A DNA stretch of 64,000 nucleotides. Source: Eledone cirrhosa (lineage: Eukaryota). This document shows, piece by piece, positions 26,150-38,675 of the stretch (positions are counted from its first letter, which is position 1; each line of letters starts with the position of its first letter). The position numbers and the translations under genes are program-made. The stretch lies in contig OZ024740.1 in NCBI GenBank assembly GCA_964016885.1, positions 243,536,001-243,600,000 on the forward strand, written 5' to 3'. The notes under the pieces were generated by a model. That model was not told where the DNA came from, ran no database searches, and was given only the letters and a program-made list of their open reading frames with translations.

Positions 26150-26610
26150 TTAGCCACATCCCTAACCTCTACATCACACCATCAGGCGCCTCACCACCCC
26201 ATACCACACATCACATATACTATGCTACCACACACCACACCACAACACTATACAACCACATACCACACCACAACATTACACCATCACTACACTACCACTC
26301 TAAGCCCTAGCATATATTGCACCATACCACCACATTACACTACCACACACCTCAACACACCAACACAAATACATTACACCACATTACATCACACTTCACT
26401 CCTACACCACAATACACCATATGTCATAGCATACCACCACACTAAACACCACTACACCACGCCACACTACACTATACATTATACCCTACCACCAGACCAC
26501 ACTACTCCACACCAAACAGAACACTATACCACACCACACCACAACCTCTACTCCATACCAGCAGGCACCCCATAATACCACCATGTCATTACACCACACT
26601 ACATCACTTA
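26150..26610. repeat. Degenerate (CACCA/CACTA)n low-complexity repeat
   Basis: Direct reading. Confidence 0.85.
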
Positions 26611-26844
26611 TCTTGTTTATTTTAAACCTATTTACTTTAGCTATTTCTCATTATCTGAAAACTAATTAGCTTGCTGTCCACTAACCATTCACCCTCTGGC
26701 CACCACTCCACCCTTACTTTTCCAACCCATCATTACTGACATGATTTGGATATCAAGTTTTGTTATTTATGTGAATCATTTAGATTTTCAATTTACTGTG
26801 GTCTGTTGTTGATAGTAGAGATGGTTGTGATGGTGGTTCTATTA

Positions 26845-27745
26845 TTACCACGATCTGTGGAAACACCTCCTTATCTTTCTATAGTGGGTTAGTGATAGGT
26901 AAAAGCGACAACATTCTTGGGGAAACTCTGGGCATCAACAAAAATCAACTAGCCATTCTTTTCCACAGGATTTTCGGTCCATGGCCTATGGACAACTTCC
27001 AGAAATCCTTGGCCTGGCAGTGCTACGAGGAAGCGTTGCCAGTCTGAGATAAACTGTACAGGCATGGAAGTGCCACCAGCTGGGCATATCCGAGATGCGC
27101 GCAGAGCGATGAAACTGTCATGCAAGCATTCATCAACTGGCTTGTGGGTCTATCTCAAACACCTGCTGTCACAAGTGGAACGTCTCAGACTATCAACTGA
27201 GTCCATTGTTAAAATCACCCCACTGCTCTTCCTTAGCCAAGAAGGGCAGGCTGTCTTTGTCAGTCTGGTGGTCACAATGAAAGAGTTTGTATGGTGAACA
27301 CATCTGAAAGGACTGAAGATGGGCACTTTTCTTTTCGGTGACTCCCTGATTTTGGGTTTCACTTAAAGAGAAAAATCATGGTGGAGAGGGAAGTGCTGCC
27401 TTCAAAGCAATTTTTTGAAAAGTGGGTGAAAGAGGCAAGAATGGCCCGAGTGAATGGGTCTGCTCTGAGACTGTGCCTGTAGATTGAGGGAGGACACCTA
27501 GTAAAGGGCATGTGCCCTGGCAGTCAGGGTGACTGTGGCTTTGTGGGCTTTCTCCATGATGAGTAACCCTCAGCAGCCCCCCCCCCCCCCTATTGGGGAC
27601 ATTTTTTTTTGTTTCTATTTTTTTTTGTTACATCCTTTGTTTTTGTTTTATACTCATTTTTACATGCAGAAACCCACATTGTAGCCCCCCTGTGCTGTCC
27701 TTAATATGTTTTTATATAAACCTTTTGTGGTCAATAAAGAAAACT
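26845..27745 (+). mobile_element. Tx1/L1-clade LINE 3' fragment
   Basis: Homologous to the reverse complement of 14370-15280 (atggacaacttccagaaatccttggcctggcagtgctac, gcaagaatggcccgagtgaatgg). Confidence 0.85.
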
Positions 27746-28041
27746 TTAAAAACAAATAACGAAACGAAATTAAATTTCGTTTCGTTTGTAACTCACTTTT
27801 GTATGACTGACGCTTAAACAATTAAGTTAAAGATGTACATCCATATATGTATACTGAAATACTAGTATGTATATGAATACACACACGTATACATATGTAG
27901 GTGTACCAAGTTTTTTCACTGGTCACTTTACTGTGAGTGGCCAGCTATTCTGTATGTAAACACACAGACAAACCGGTTTTTAGAGTCATACTGGTTTTTG
28001 AGGAAACACCTCTCCTCTATTCTCCAGAAAGCCAGACAAGG

Positions 28042-28086
28042 AATATTGAACTAGTTTCGTTGTTGTTACAACTCATCAGCAATATT
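28042..28086 (-). ncRNA. Minimal type I hammerhead ribozyme
   Basis: aatattg CTGATGA gttg-taacaa-caac GAAA ctag TT caatatt. Confidence 0.85.
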
Positions 28087-28742
28087 TACCTATCTTCCGG
28101 CCTCTCTAGAGAATCGTAAAAGCACATATCGTTATATGCTTTTTCTATGAAAATTAGTAGTGGGCAGACTAATTTGCATAGAGTGTGAGTAAGTACCGGT
28201 TCAACGGAGACGATAAAAACAAATAACGAAACGAAATTAAATTTCGTTTCGTTTGTAACTCACTTTTGTATGACTGACGCTTAAACAATTAAGTTAAAGA
28301 TGTACATCCATATATGTATACTGAAATACTAGTATGTATATGAATACACACACGTATACATATGTAGGTGTACCAAGTTTTTTCACCGGTTTGTCTGTGT
28401 GTTTACATACAGAATAGCTGGCCACTCACAGTAAAGTGACCAGTGAAAAAACTTGGTACACCTACATATGTATACGTGTGTGTATTCATATACATACTAG
28501 TATTTCAGTATACATATATGGATGTACATCTTTAACTTAATTGTTTAAGCGTCAGTCATACAAAAGTGAGTTACAAACGAAACGAAATTTAATTTCGTTT
28601 CGTTATTTGTTTTTATCGTCTCCGTTGAACCGGTACTTACTCACACTCTATGCAAATTAGTCTGCCCACTACTAATTTTCATAGAAAAAGCATATAACGA
28701 TATGTGCTTTTACGATTCTCTAGAGAGGCCGGAAGATAGGTA

Positions 28743-28787
28743 AATATTGCTGATGAGTTGTAACAACAACGAAACTAGTTCAATATT
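28743..28787 (+). ncRNA. Minimal type I hammerhead ribozyme
   Basis: aatattg CTGATGA gttg-taacaa-caac GAAA ctag TT caatatt; perfect 7 bp stem I, palindromic stem III. Confidence 0.85.
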
Positions 28788-29032
28788 CCTTGTCTGGCTT
28801 TCTGGAGAATAGAGGAGAGGTGTTTCCTCAAAAACCAGTATGACTCTAAAAACCGGTTTGTCTGTGTGTTTACATACAGAATAGCTGGCCACTCACAGTA
28901 AAGTGACCAGTGAAAAAACTTGGTACACCTACATATGTATACGTGTGTGTATTCATATACATACTAGTATTTCAGTATACATATATGGATGTACATCTTT
29001 AACTTAATTGTTTAAAGAAAACTTTATTATAT

Positions 29033-29650
29033 TGGATTGGCAGTATCGGTGGAGCATCAAACAACATGCTTCACAGCATATAGTGTTACGGCCCTTTGTC
29101 TTCTGATTTCAAATCCTACTGAAGTTAGCTTTGCCTTTCATCCTTATGGGGTCAATAAAATAAAACACAAGTAATGCACTGGGGTCAATTTAATTGACTT
29201 TCCCTTCCCGCTGAATTGCTGGTCTTGTGCCTATAGTAGAAATCATTATTATTATTGGCGGCGATTTGGCAGTATTGGTAGAGGGTTGGACGCCATGCTT
29301 TCTAGCATAGTTACGTCCTATTACGATCTGAGTTCAAATCCCGTCGAGGTTAACTTTGCCTTTCATTCTTATGGGGTCGATAAAATAAAGTACCAGTAAT
29401 ATACTGGGTAATTGCTGGCCTCGTGCCAAAAGTAGAAACAATTATTGGCAGTATTGGTAGAGGGTCGGACACCATGTTTTTCAGCATAGAGTTACGGCCC
29501 TTTGCTGTCTGAGTTCAAATCCTGCTGAGGTTAACTTTCATCCTTACGGGATTGATAAAATAAAATACCAGTCACGCACTGGGGTTGATTTAATCGATTT
29601 TCCCCTCCCCCAAAATTGCTGGCCTTGAGCCTATATAAGAAACGATTATT
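29033..29650 (+). mobile_element. Three tandem Meta-domain SINEs
   Basis: ttggcagtatcggt...gttcaaatcc...gcctttcatcctta...ggggtcgataaaataaa...tagaaa plus ATT tail, three times. Confidence 0.85.
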
Positions 29651-29928
29651 TTTATTTACCCCTGAGTTAGGAGCCACACTTCACATTGGGTTAAGTAAAT
29701 TTTCATTATTTGTATACTTTATTACCATCTCTGACAATTTGTTCAAGTTTTAAACTTGACAAAAGTTTGGGGCAACTGACCTGCTTCTCACAGGTGGGTC
29801 AGTCATGTTGATATGACACCTTCTTAAGAGGGTGTCATCTTTGTTTAATTTGCTGTTTAAAAACAAACAAAAATTTTGAAAATTATGAACATGAGACAGA
29901 GCAAGGAGAACGCAGGAAAAGGTCTCAT

Positions 29929-29960
<32 letters not shown>

Positions 29961-30354
29961 TCACTGTAACAAACTGAAAATAAATGAGGAAGACAGTGTC
30001 CCATAATATTGACAGATTTTAAACAAAAACAAAACCATATTATTTGAGATAATATAGTTTTAAACACTCAAAAAGATAATGAAAACACAGTCAACATGAA
30101 TAACAACAAAGACCACAGCAACAACAATAACAAAAACAATGACAACAACAACAATAAAAGTGAAAACAAGAACAAAAACAACAGCTGCAATAAAATCAGA
30201 AAAGGCAACAACAATGAAAACAGTGACAACAGCAGCAACAACAACAACAAGTCAACTAGAAAACCAACAAATAATGTCAGCTCTACAAAATCTTTCGCTA
30301 GTGCCATAAAAACTTCTTTCTGGTAGATCACTTTATCTGAAAAGAAAGTAGAAC

Positions 30355-31578
30355 AAGAAAGGGGACTGGTAGAGATGGTCTCATCCTAAACAATTACACC
30401 CCTAGCAAAATGATCCAAAATATGATACATCTTCGGGCCGCCTGGGATCTGGAGGCAGAGTTGTCATGTTGTTCCGGAAACATCTGAATCTTGCAATACA
30501 GACCATCTTCCTGTTCCTGGAGGATAAATCGGTAGTGCTGGATGTGACCAGCAGTGAAGAGCTTGCCTTCAGGCTAGTGGCTGTCTATGCTCTGAGAGGC
30601 ACAGGACAAACTGATTTCTTCCAATGCCTGGAAACCTTTCTAGGAATATCTCACTCTTTAATCTTAGTGGGCAACTGGAATGGTATCTTAGATGCGTGCT
30701 GGGACTGTGTGGGACTAGCTGATAGGAAAGGAAGGTGTAAAAGCCTTTCAATCCTGCTCAGATGCTTCCAACTGTCTGAAAGGTACTGACTTGATTCCCC
30801 AGATGTACCAAAGTAGACAAGCCTAGCATAGGTTATCCATAATTTAAAATAGTCAAATATACAGACCATAAATTGGTGACATGTGTAGTAGATCTAGATA
30901 GGCTCCATTGGCAAGGACCCAATTACCGGAAGCTGAACGCCTCATTCTCAACGTACAAAGCTTACAGAGACCAGATTAGTGAATTAGTTAATCAAGTGTA
31001 GCAATCAACAAGAGGCTGAAAAGAACAGTTAGAGTAGAACTGATATGGTTTAGCAAAGCTGTAGCAATAGTAAAAGCGAGAGTAAAAGGAATGGTAGTTA
31101 AAATATTAGAAGAGGCAATTAGCAAAGACATTGCAGCTGACATTCTTGCAGCGAGATTAACCTTGGACCAACTCTTCAATGCTAAGCTTGAAGGTTGCAT
31201 GGTCAGATCTAAGGCATATATTCTTAGACATGAGGGGACAAAAGCCATTCAATGGGCCCGAGTGTTGGAGGAATGGTGTGACAACAAAGCCACAATCCAA
31301 TCTTTGGCGCACCATGACAGCCGGTGTTTAATCAATCCCTATCAGATGTGCGGCTTTTCAGCAACACTTTGCCCAACTGTTTGGGAGCAGTGGTGGGCTG
31401 GATCGCGAGATGGACTTCATTGTGAAAAGCCAATAACAGCCACTGAAATAAGGGAAGCAATGCCCAGCTGCATGATAGGTAAATCACCCAGTTTGGATGG
31501 TCTACCCTATGAGCTTTATGTTCACATGCCAAACTTGTTTGATGACATCTTGGCAGACATCTACTTCAATTGGCAGCA
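30355..31578 (+). mobile_element. Tx1/L1-clade LINE fragment (endonuclease, linker, start of RT)
   Basis: FRLVAVYA, ILVGNWNGILD, MVRSK, GKSPSLDGLPYELY. Confidence 0.8.
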
Positions 31579-31579
31579 G

Positions 31580-32260
31580 ATCTTCTCCATCAGCACCTCT
31601 TCTCTGGCCTCAGTGTAAGTGGCACAGAGTTCTTCCTTCCTCCCCTCCACATTTTTTCCCTCTCCATAGGATCAGCATAGAGTTGGTCCTTGACAGCTCT
31701 CAGGTGTTCTCTGGCTGCACACACTTTTGTGTTTGCAGAGTTGTTGTCATCCCTCCTCTTCATCTCTCCCCTCAGTACTAGGGCGTCACTTGCTTCTGCC
31801 ACTGCAGTGGTGAAGTACCTGTACCTCCTCTTCACACTCTCCTCAGTCCCCACATTCTATCTCTCCTCTCCAACTCCACATAGAGCACTGAACCTGTTCC
31901 TTACCTCTACTGTGTACCTCTACTGTGTACATCTTCCTTGAAAGCTCCCCAAGTTGTAGATAGCTCTCCGGGGCTAAGCCTTACTCTTTCTTAAACTCAC
32001 TCAGACCTCACTCATAACAAGCTGGTGGTCACAAACCAGTGTACTGAAATAACTAGGGTTCTATGTTCAGAACACTATTTCGCCACTTCCTCCTCACCAG
32101 AATTAAATTAATTTGGGACTTTGTCAGGTGCATATCAGAGATGTAGGTCCACATATTCTCCGGCTTCTTCCTAAACATTACGTTGGTTGCCATCAGGTTT
32201 GCCACCAGCAGGGTGTCTCTCAGTAGTCTACCATTTCAGTACCAGCAAAGTTAGCTGTAC
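31580..32260 (-). mobile_element. Decayed APE-endonuclease fragment of a different RTE-like LINE
   Basis: Minus-strand reading NGRLLRDTLLVANLMATNVMFRKKPENMWTY...SQINLILVRRKWRNSV...DHQLV. Confidence 0.65.
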
Positions 32261-32399
32261 GGAATGATCAGTTCTATTCAGTGGTGAACCACCAAACTTC
32301 AATGAACATATGTATATATATATACGTATTTAAACTGTTATTATTTGTTATATGTTCGTTTAACTTAGAATCTAATCTTTTCAATAATATGGATAAATC

Positions 32400-35300
32400 T
32401 GTCTGACCTTTCTAAAAATAATCTTCTCGTAAACTTTCCTAACCCAACACCCACACACCACCGTTGCTATTTGGTCCAATCATAATTCAGTGGTTTATAG
32501 TATGTTTCTCTTACCAATCTCTATCAAAAAACCACCACCTCGGCTATTACTCCATAAGTTTAGACCTGGTTGCTTTTCGATATGCTAAATGGACTTCACA
32601 ATTTGGAGAGTCTGAACAATCTGAACATTCAATGACAATGTGAAAGATAAAGATAGATTCACCTCCCGCTGCCGGACGAGAATGCAAGGACTCCTCTTTA
32701 TTTCAGACATGGATGGCCAACATAATTACATCCCCCCCCCCCCCCGGCTAGGTGGAGTAGGAATTATGTTAGCAGAAAAATGGGTAGATAAGGTAATTGC
32801 CGTAAATAGTGTGAACGACAGAATAATTAAAATAATTGTTTCTATTTTAGGCACAAGGCCAGCAATTACCCAGTACATTACTGGTACTTTATTTTATCGA
32901 CCCTGTAAGGATGAAAGGCAAAGTTAACCTCGGCAGGATTTGAACTCAGATCATAAAGGGACGTAACTATGCTGGAAAGCATGTCCGACCCTCTACCAAT
33001 ACTGCCAATTCACCATACTAGTCCTAAATAGAACTACTGTGACAATAATATCTGCTTATGCACCCCAATCTGGCCTACCTGGCGTTATAAAAGACAGCTT
33101 CTATGAGTCGCTAATGATCACTACCTTCCAAATAACCATGACTGCATAATTATTGCTGGCGACCTAATTGGTTATGTTGGACAACATTGTGATGGCTATG
33201 ATGGAATCCATGGAGGCTATGGGTTTGGTACTAGAAATGAGGAAGGCTTCAGAATCCTGGAATTACGTGACGCTAATAACCTAACTATCTGTAACACAAA
33301 CTTCAAAAAACAAGACAATCACTTGATCACCTATAGATCAGGGGAACACGCCAGCCAGATAGAGTATATCCTTATTAGAAGACGTGACAGAGTGTCTGTT
33401 GTAAACACTAAATCCTTCCCCTGTGAAGAATGCACCTCCCAACATAGCCTCATAGTTAGTGACCTCATAGTCAGGACTAGACGTACTCGATGACAGAGGA
33501 GGACTACCCTGAGGAGATAAATATCAAAATTGAAGGATCCCACAGCCAGTAACAAATTTAAAAGTATATTCTTGATGCTTTTGACAGTAAGGAAGAGCAA
33601 TTAGAGATGTACAACATACAGGAACAGTAGGAATTTTTGAAAGTTAATCTGCTGAAGGTGACAGATGAAATCTGTGGCTGGAGCAGACCTAAGGCAGGAG
33701 GAGAGTAACTTGGTGGTGGAACAGAAAGGTGGAGGAGACAATCAAGGCCAAAAAGCAGGCTTGGAAAATATGGCAGGATGGAGAAAGTAGAGAACACTAT
33801 CAAGTGGCCAGGAGGGAAGCTAGGAGACAAGTGTACCTTGCAAGAAGGGAAACAGAGGAAAGAAAGTTCAAGCATGTTCTACAAGGACCAAAAACGCGAG
33901 GACCAAAAACGTGAGGTGTTCAGGATTGCAAGACAATGTGTCAAGGAAAACTGTGATATTGTCGGGGAGAAGTGTGTCCGTAATGATGATGGTGTACTTG
34001 CCCTCACTGATACTGATAAGAAGATAGCTTGGAAGTGTCACTACGAGAGACTACTAAATTAGGAGAATAAATGGGAAAAAGATAGTCTGCCCCAAATCGA
34101 TCCAATAGAGGGACCAGCGGTGCAAGTTAAAGGTAGTATAATAAGTAAGGCAATCAAAGATATGAAGACAGGCAAAGCAGCTGGGCCTTTGGAGATAGTT
34201 GCTGAGATGTTGAAAGCATCTGGAATGGTGGGACATACTATAGTCACCCGGATAGTAAACCAAGTAATACAGAATGGAGTCATACCAAATGACTGGTGTA
34301 GCAGCATTATCGTTAACTGCTACAAGGTTAAAGGAGATGCTCTAGATAGGGGAAACTATAGAGGAATTAAGTTAGCTGACCAGGTCATGAAGGTCACAGA
34401 AAGAATTGATCTAGATGAAATGCAGTTTGGGTTTGTGTCAGGTAAAAGTACCACAGATGCTCTTTTCCTTGTACGACAACTACAGGGGAAGTACCTAGCT
34501 AAAAGTAAAGCCCTCTACTTTGCTTTTGTTGACTTGGAGAAAGCCTTTGACAGAGTCCCCTGCTCCATTATCTGGTGGGCTCTTAGAAAACTAGGTGTAG
34601 ATGAATGGCTTGTGAGAGCTATACAAGCCATGTATAAAGAAACAGTCAGCAAGGTTAGAATTAACAACGAATATAGTGAAGAATTTAGCATAAAAGTTGG
34701 TGTTCATCAAGGCTCTGTCCTTAGCCCCCTCCTATTTATTATTGCCCTTCAGGCTATAACAGCGGAGTTTAAGACTGGCTGCCCATGGGAACTTCTAAAC
34801 ACAGGTGATCTAACTCTCATAGCTGAATCTATGGCTGAACTAGAAAAGAAATTCCAAACATGGAAGCATGGCCTAGAATCAAAAGGCCTTAAAGTTAACT
34901 TGTCTAAGACTAAAGTTCTAGTATGTAGAAAGGAAAATAGGGCACAGGTGCCCTCTGGGAAATGGCCATGCTCAGAGTGTAGGAAAGGAGTAGGTAGAAA
35001 CTCCATTTTATGTCCCAAATGCAAACTATGGGTACATAAAAGATGTAGTGGGATCACAGGTAAGCTATCTAAGAACGTAGATTTTATATGTGGCCGATGC
35101 TCAGGTGCAATAATTAGCAAATGCCCACAGGATACTGGCTCCTTCTATTGCCAAGATGGTTCTATAGAAATAGTGGACATTTTCCGTTACCTGGGTAACA
35201 AAATCAGCAGTGGTGGAGGGTACTCTGAAAGTAGAGTAGCTAGAGTCAGAACGGGATGGAAATAGTTCAGAGAGCTTATACTGCTGTTGGCCACAAAAGG

Positions 35301-36121
35301 TTTCTCTCTAAAAATGAAAGGCAGCAATGTTAAACAGCAATGTTACATGGCAGTGAGACATGGGCATTGTGTGCAGAGGACCTGCACAGACTGGAAAGGA
35401 ACGAAGCATGCATGCTCCATTGGATGTGTAATAGTAATATGCGCGAACAACAAAACATAAATGAACTAAGTGAGAAATTAGGAATAAGAGGGATAGAATG
35501 CAGTTTACTTGAGAGAAGACTATGTTGGTATGGTCACGTGATGCGCATGAAAGATGACAGCTGTATAAAAAAGTGCAGGGCGATCAAAATTGATGGAAGT
35601 TACAGAGTAGGTAGACCCAGAAAAACCTGGGACGATTTGATAAATTCCAATCTTACACACTTGCACCTCTCTAAGACAATGTCACTGGACCGTGATCTTT
35701 GGCACCATGCAGTAATACAGAAAACCCGCCTTGCCTATGTACAAAGCGAAACCTACAGTCAGTAGGCACCTCTTAACCAAATATATACCCCTACTCCACC
35801 CTCACACTCCCACTAACACCACCCTTTCTCTGTAAAGTTATGTTGGTACCACAACATCCACTCCTAAATAAATGAGGTTGTGTAAGTGTCACAACGAAAA
35901 AACACACAGTCCACACTGTAATGTGGCCGTGTAGGTAACACGGTAAAAACCTCCTAGTCCACACTGTAAATGTGGTTGGTGTTAGGAAGGGCATCCAGCC
36001 GTAGAAAACCTGCAGACAGTCCTATACAAGTGAGACATGGTCGCCTGACCAATCTTGCCTCAAGTGGGACAATTCCCGTCTAACCCATGCTAGCGTGGAA
36101 GATAAAAGTTAAATGATGATG

Positions 36122-36122
<1 letters not shown>
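32400..36122 (+). mobile_element. Long decayed RTE-A-like LINE with a SINE inserted at 32832-33015
   Basis: 5' region homologous to 3170-3500; ORF pieces 34120..35265 and 35340..35765; A-type 3' UTR. Confidence 0.92.
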
Positions 36123-36156
<34 letters not shown>

Positions 36157-37169
36157 ATAATAGGCATGACTGTTTCGTTAAGGAGTATTTTTTGCTGCCA
36201 CATAGTTTCAGGTTCAGTTCCACTGTGTGGCATCTTGGGCAAGTGTCTCTTACTACAGTGTCTCTTGCTTTATGAGACAAAACGTGTAGAGGCCCATCAT
36301 ATATATATGTATGTGTTTATGTTTGTGTCTTTGTGTTTGTATCATATAAATTTAGTGATTTGACAAAAAGAGATTGATATAATAAGTACCAGACTTGAAA
36401 AAATAAATACTTGGGCTGATATCATTTAATGAATCCTTAATGATATCATGAACTATGTCTGCAATCTAATAGCTAAGACCAGTAAAATAGTGAAAGAATA
36501 TAACAAATATATTTATAGATGCAAAGATATCTACAAACACAAATATAATGACATATTTAACCATGCATACATAAATAAACATACATAGACACATGCATAC
36601 ATACACCTCCACATATTCACTACAGTGATCTATTGATAAAAAATCAATATGATTTGTTTCCAAAGAAAGGCTTCCTGTTGTTGATATAGTTTCAGAAATA
36701 TACAGTATAGATTTATAGATTTATAACACATACAAGGTGTCTCTCTCTCACACACACACGGATATGTGTATATATATATATATATACATACAAACATATG
36801 TATGTATGTATGATCCCATAACTGCTGATAGAGTCACAGGAGCGCCGTATTGACATACAGTGTTTCTTGGGCATCTTAAGCCTGACAGAACCTATCCCAC
36901 TCCAGGCCTGAGTACAGCAGATTTCTTCCAGAGAAAGATAGAAAGTGAAAGAGAGGAAATGAGAAATAGATTTAGAGGAAGAATCGACCCCAGTACTAAA
37001 CTGGTACTTTTTTTTATCGACCTCGAAAGGATGAAAAGCAAAGTTGACCTCAGTGGGATTTGAACTCAACAGAGAGCTGGAATAAATACCATAAAGCATT
37101 CTATCTGACATTCTAACAACTCTGCCAATTTGCCTATATGTATATATATTACAACCAAACTGTTGTGCG

Positions 37170-38080
37170 ATCCTCCTACCCCTAAGCTTTAGGAAAAGAG
37201 AAAGACACTCATGTAAGAACCCTCTCCATCAAGCACAGAATCTCAGATTTGCCACTATAAATGTTGGGACAATGCAAGAGGTAAGATAGAGGGGGTGCTT
37301 TATCCAAATTCATCACAGGCAAAGAAAACCAGTACAAATTCTTCTGGCTGGGTAGCAATTATGGAGTTGGTGAAGTAGGTATACTCCTAGATGAGAGATG
37401 TGTAGACAAGGTAATTGAGGTAGTCAACAACAGCCACTATACTATCCATGAACTCCACAAGCTGGACATACAGAAAAACCACTTTTATGAAGTCCTCTTT
37501 TAGACTACCTCAATAACAAATGACTGTGATCTCACTATGATAACTGGTGACTTCAATGAACATGTTGGAAAACCCCATGATGGATTTCCTGGTGTATATG
37601 GAGGTTTTAGTTATGGTACAAGGAGGGGTCTAAGCTTCTGAAGTTCTGTGATGCTCTCGACCTAACTATCTGCAACACAAACTTTAAGATACCAGTCAGC
37701 CTCCTGATCACTTACCAATCAGGTGGACACACAAGCTAAATAGACTTTGTTCTCACTGGGAAACAAAACAGGCAAATTGTTGTAAATACCTAGTCCTTTC
37801 CTGGTAAGGAATGTACCTCACAACATAGATTAGTTGTCAGTAACCTTGAAATATGGGCTAGGTGGACCAAGAAACTAAAGCCAATCTGGATAAGGAAGAC
37901 ATGGAAGCTGAGAGAATTCTCTGTAGGTAACAAATTTACAGAAATCCTATTTACAGTAAGGAAGGGACATAGAGAAAAATTGGGAATTTCTATGGGACAA
38001 CATGCTAGAAGCCATAAGCCAGGTCTGCAGCTGGAACAAGGTCTTGGCAAGATAGATGGTGATGTGGTGGTGGAATGAAA
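37170..38080 (+). mobile_element. Old RTE endonuclease-region fragment
   Basis: LRFATINVGT, YKFFWLG, GDFNEHVG, ICNTNF, SFPGKECTSQHRLVVS, with frameshifts. Confidence 0.75.
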
Positions 38081-38284
38081 ACATTTACTGACGGGGTAGG
38101 AGTGTCAAATTTACTGACAGGTAGGAGTGTCAAATTTCTTATACATCTTGGATGGACTGGGATTCTGAGGTTCACCTTTGGTGGCTAACTCATCTATACT
38201 GGATGAAATACCCATCAATAGTGAACTGAAAGCCCTAATCTATACTTGATAATATATGATATGTAATATGACAGTCCAAAAGTA

Positions 38285-38470
38285 GGCTGAAAGGTACATA
38301 GGCTGACCAAGATACTCTCATGGAATGACCAAATGAGGTTTAATTTTCAACATAGTCACTGGAAAGAAGTAATGTAGTTACTAATAAGACGAGTTGAATT
38401 TAATGCATAAAAGATTTCATAGCTCTAACATCAACCCTTCATAGTTAGCCTATGAACTTTTCAACTGACC
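38285..38470. mobile_element. Mariner-derived MITE remnant
   Basis: ggctgaaaggtacataggctgac ... gttagcctatgaacttttcaact inverted ends. Confidence 0.45.
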
Positions 38471-38675
38471 CATGTGATTCCGAAGAAGACGGTCTGATTG
38501 AACCTATACATGAGGTCTGATAGTATACAGTTATATAACAGCTATAGATCAGTCAATATGTCAATATGATCAACCCTCCGAAACAATCGTAAAACAATGA
38601 TATGAATAGGTAAAAATAACTTGACTTTGTTGATATTATTTTCATTGTTAAATTAATACCTAATATATACATATA

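Larger units (their letters stand above)
27748..29015. mobile_element. Non-coding hammerhead-bearing PLE/retrozyme-like element: tandem 467 bp unit with inverted duplication and TSD
   Basis: Arms 27814-28386 and 28443-29015 are inverted copies; internal period 467 bp; taaagaaaacttta flanks both sides (27735-27748 and 29013-29026). Confidence 0.85.

Noticed and set aside
27937-28892. Identical 60 aa ORFs on opposite strands
   Set aside because: By-product of the palindrome; non-ATG start; overlaps the antisense of the hammerhead
30068-30331. Hydrophobic or Asn-rich ORFs (also 12365-12792, 20701-21173, 26222-26575, 7929-8313)
   Set aside because: Translations of microsatellite or low-complexity DNA
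32520-32650. Minus-strand peptide resembling a GIY-YIG C-terminus
   Set aside because: The region is homologous to the 5' region of RTE-A (3170-3500)
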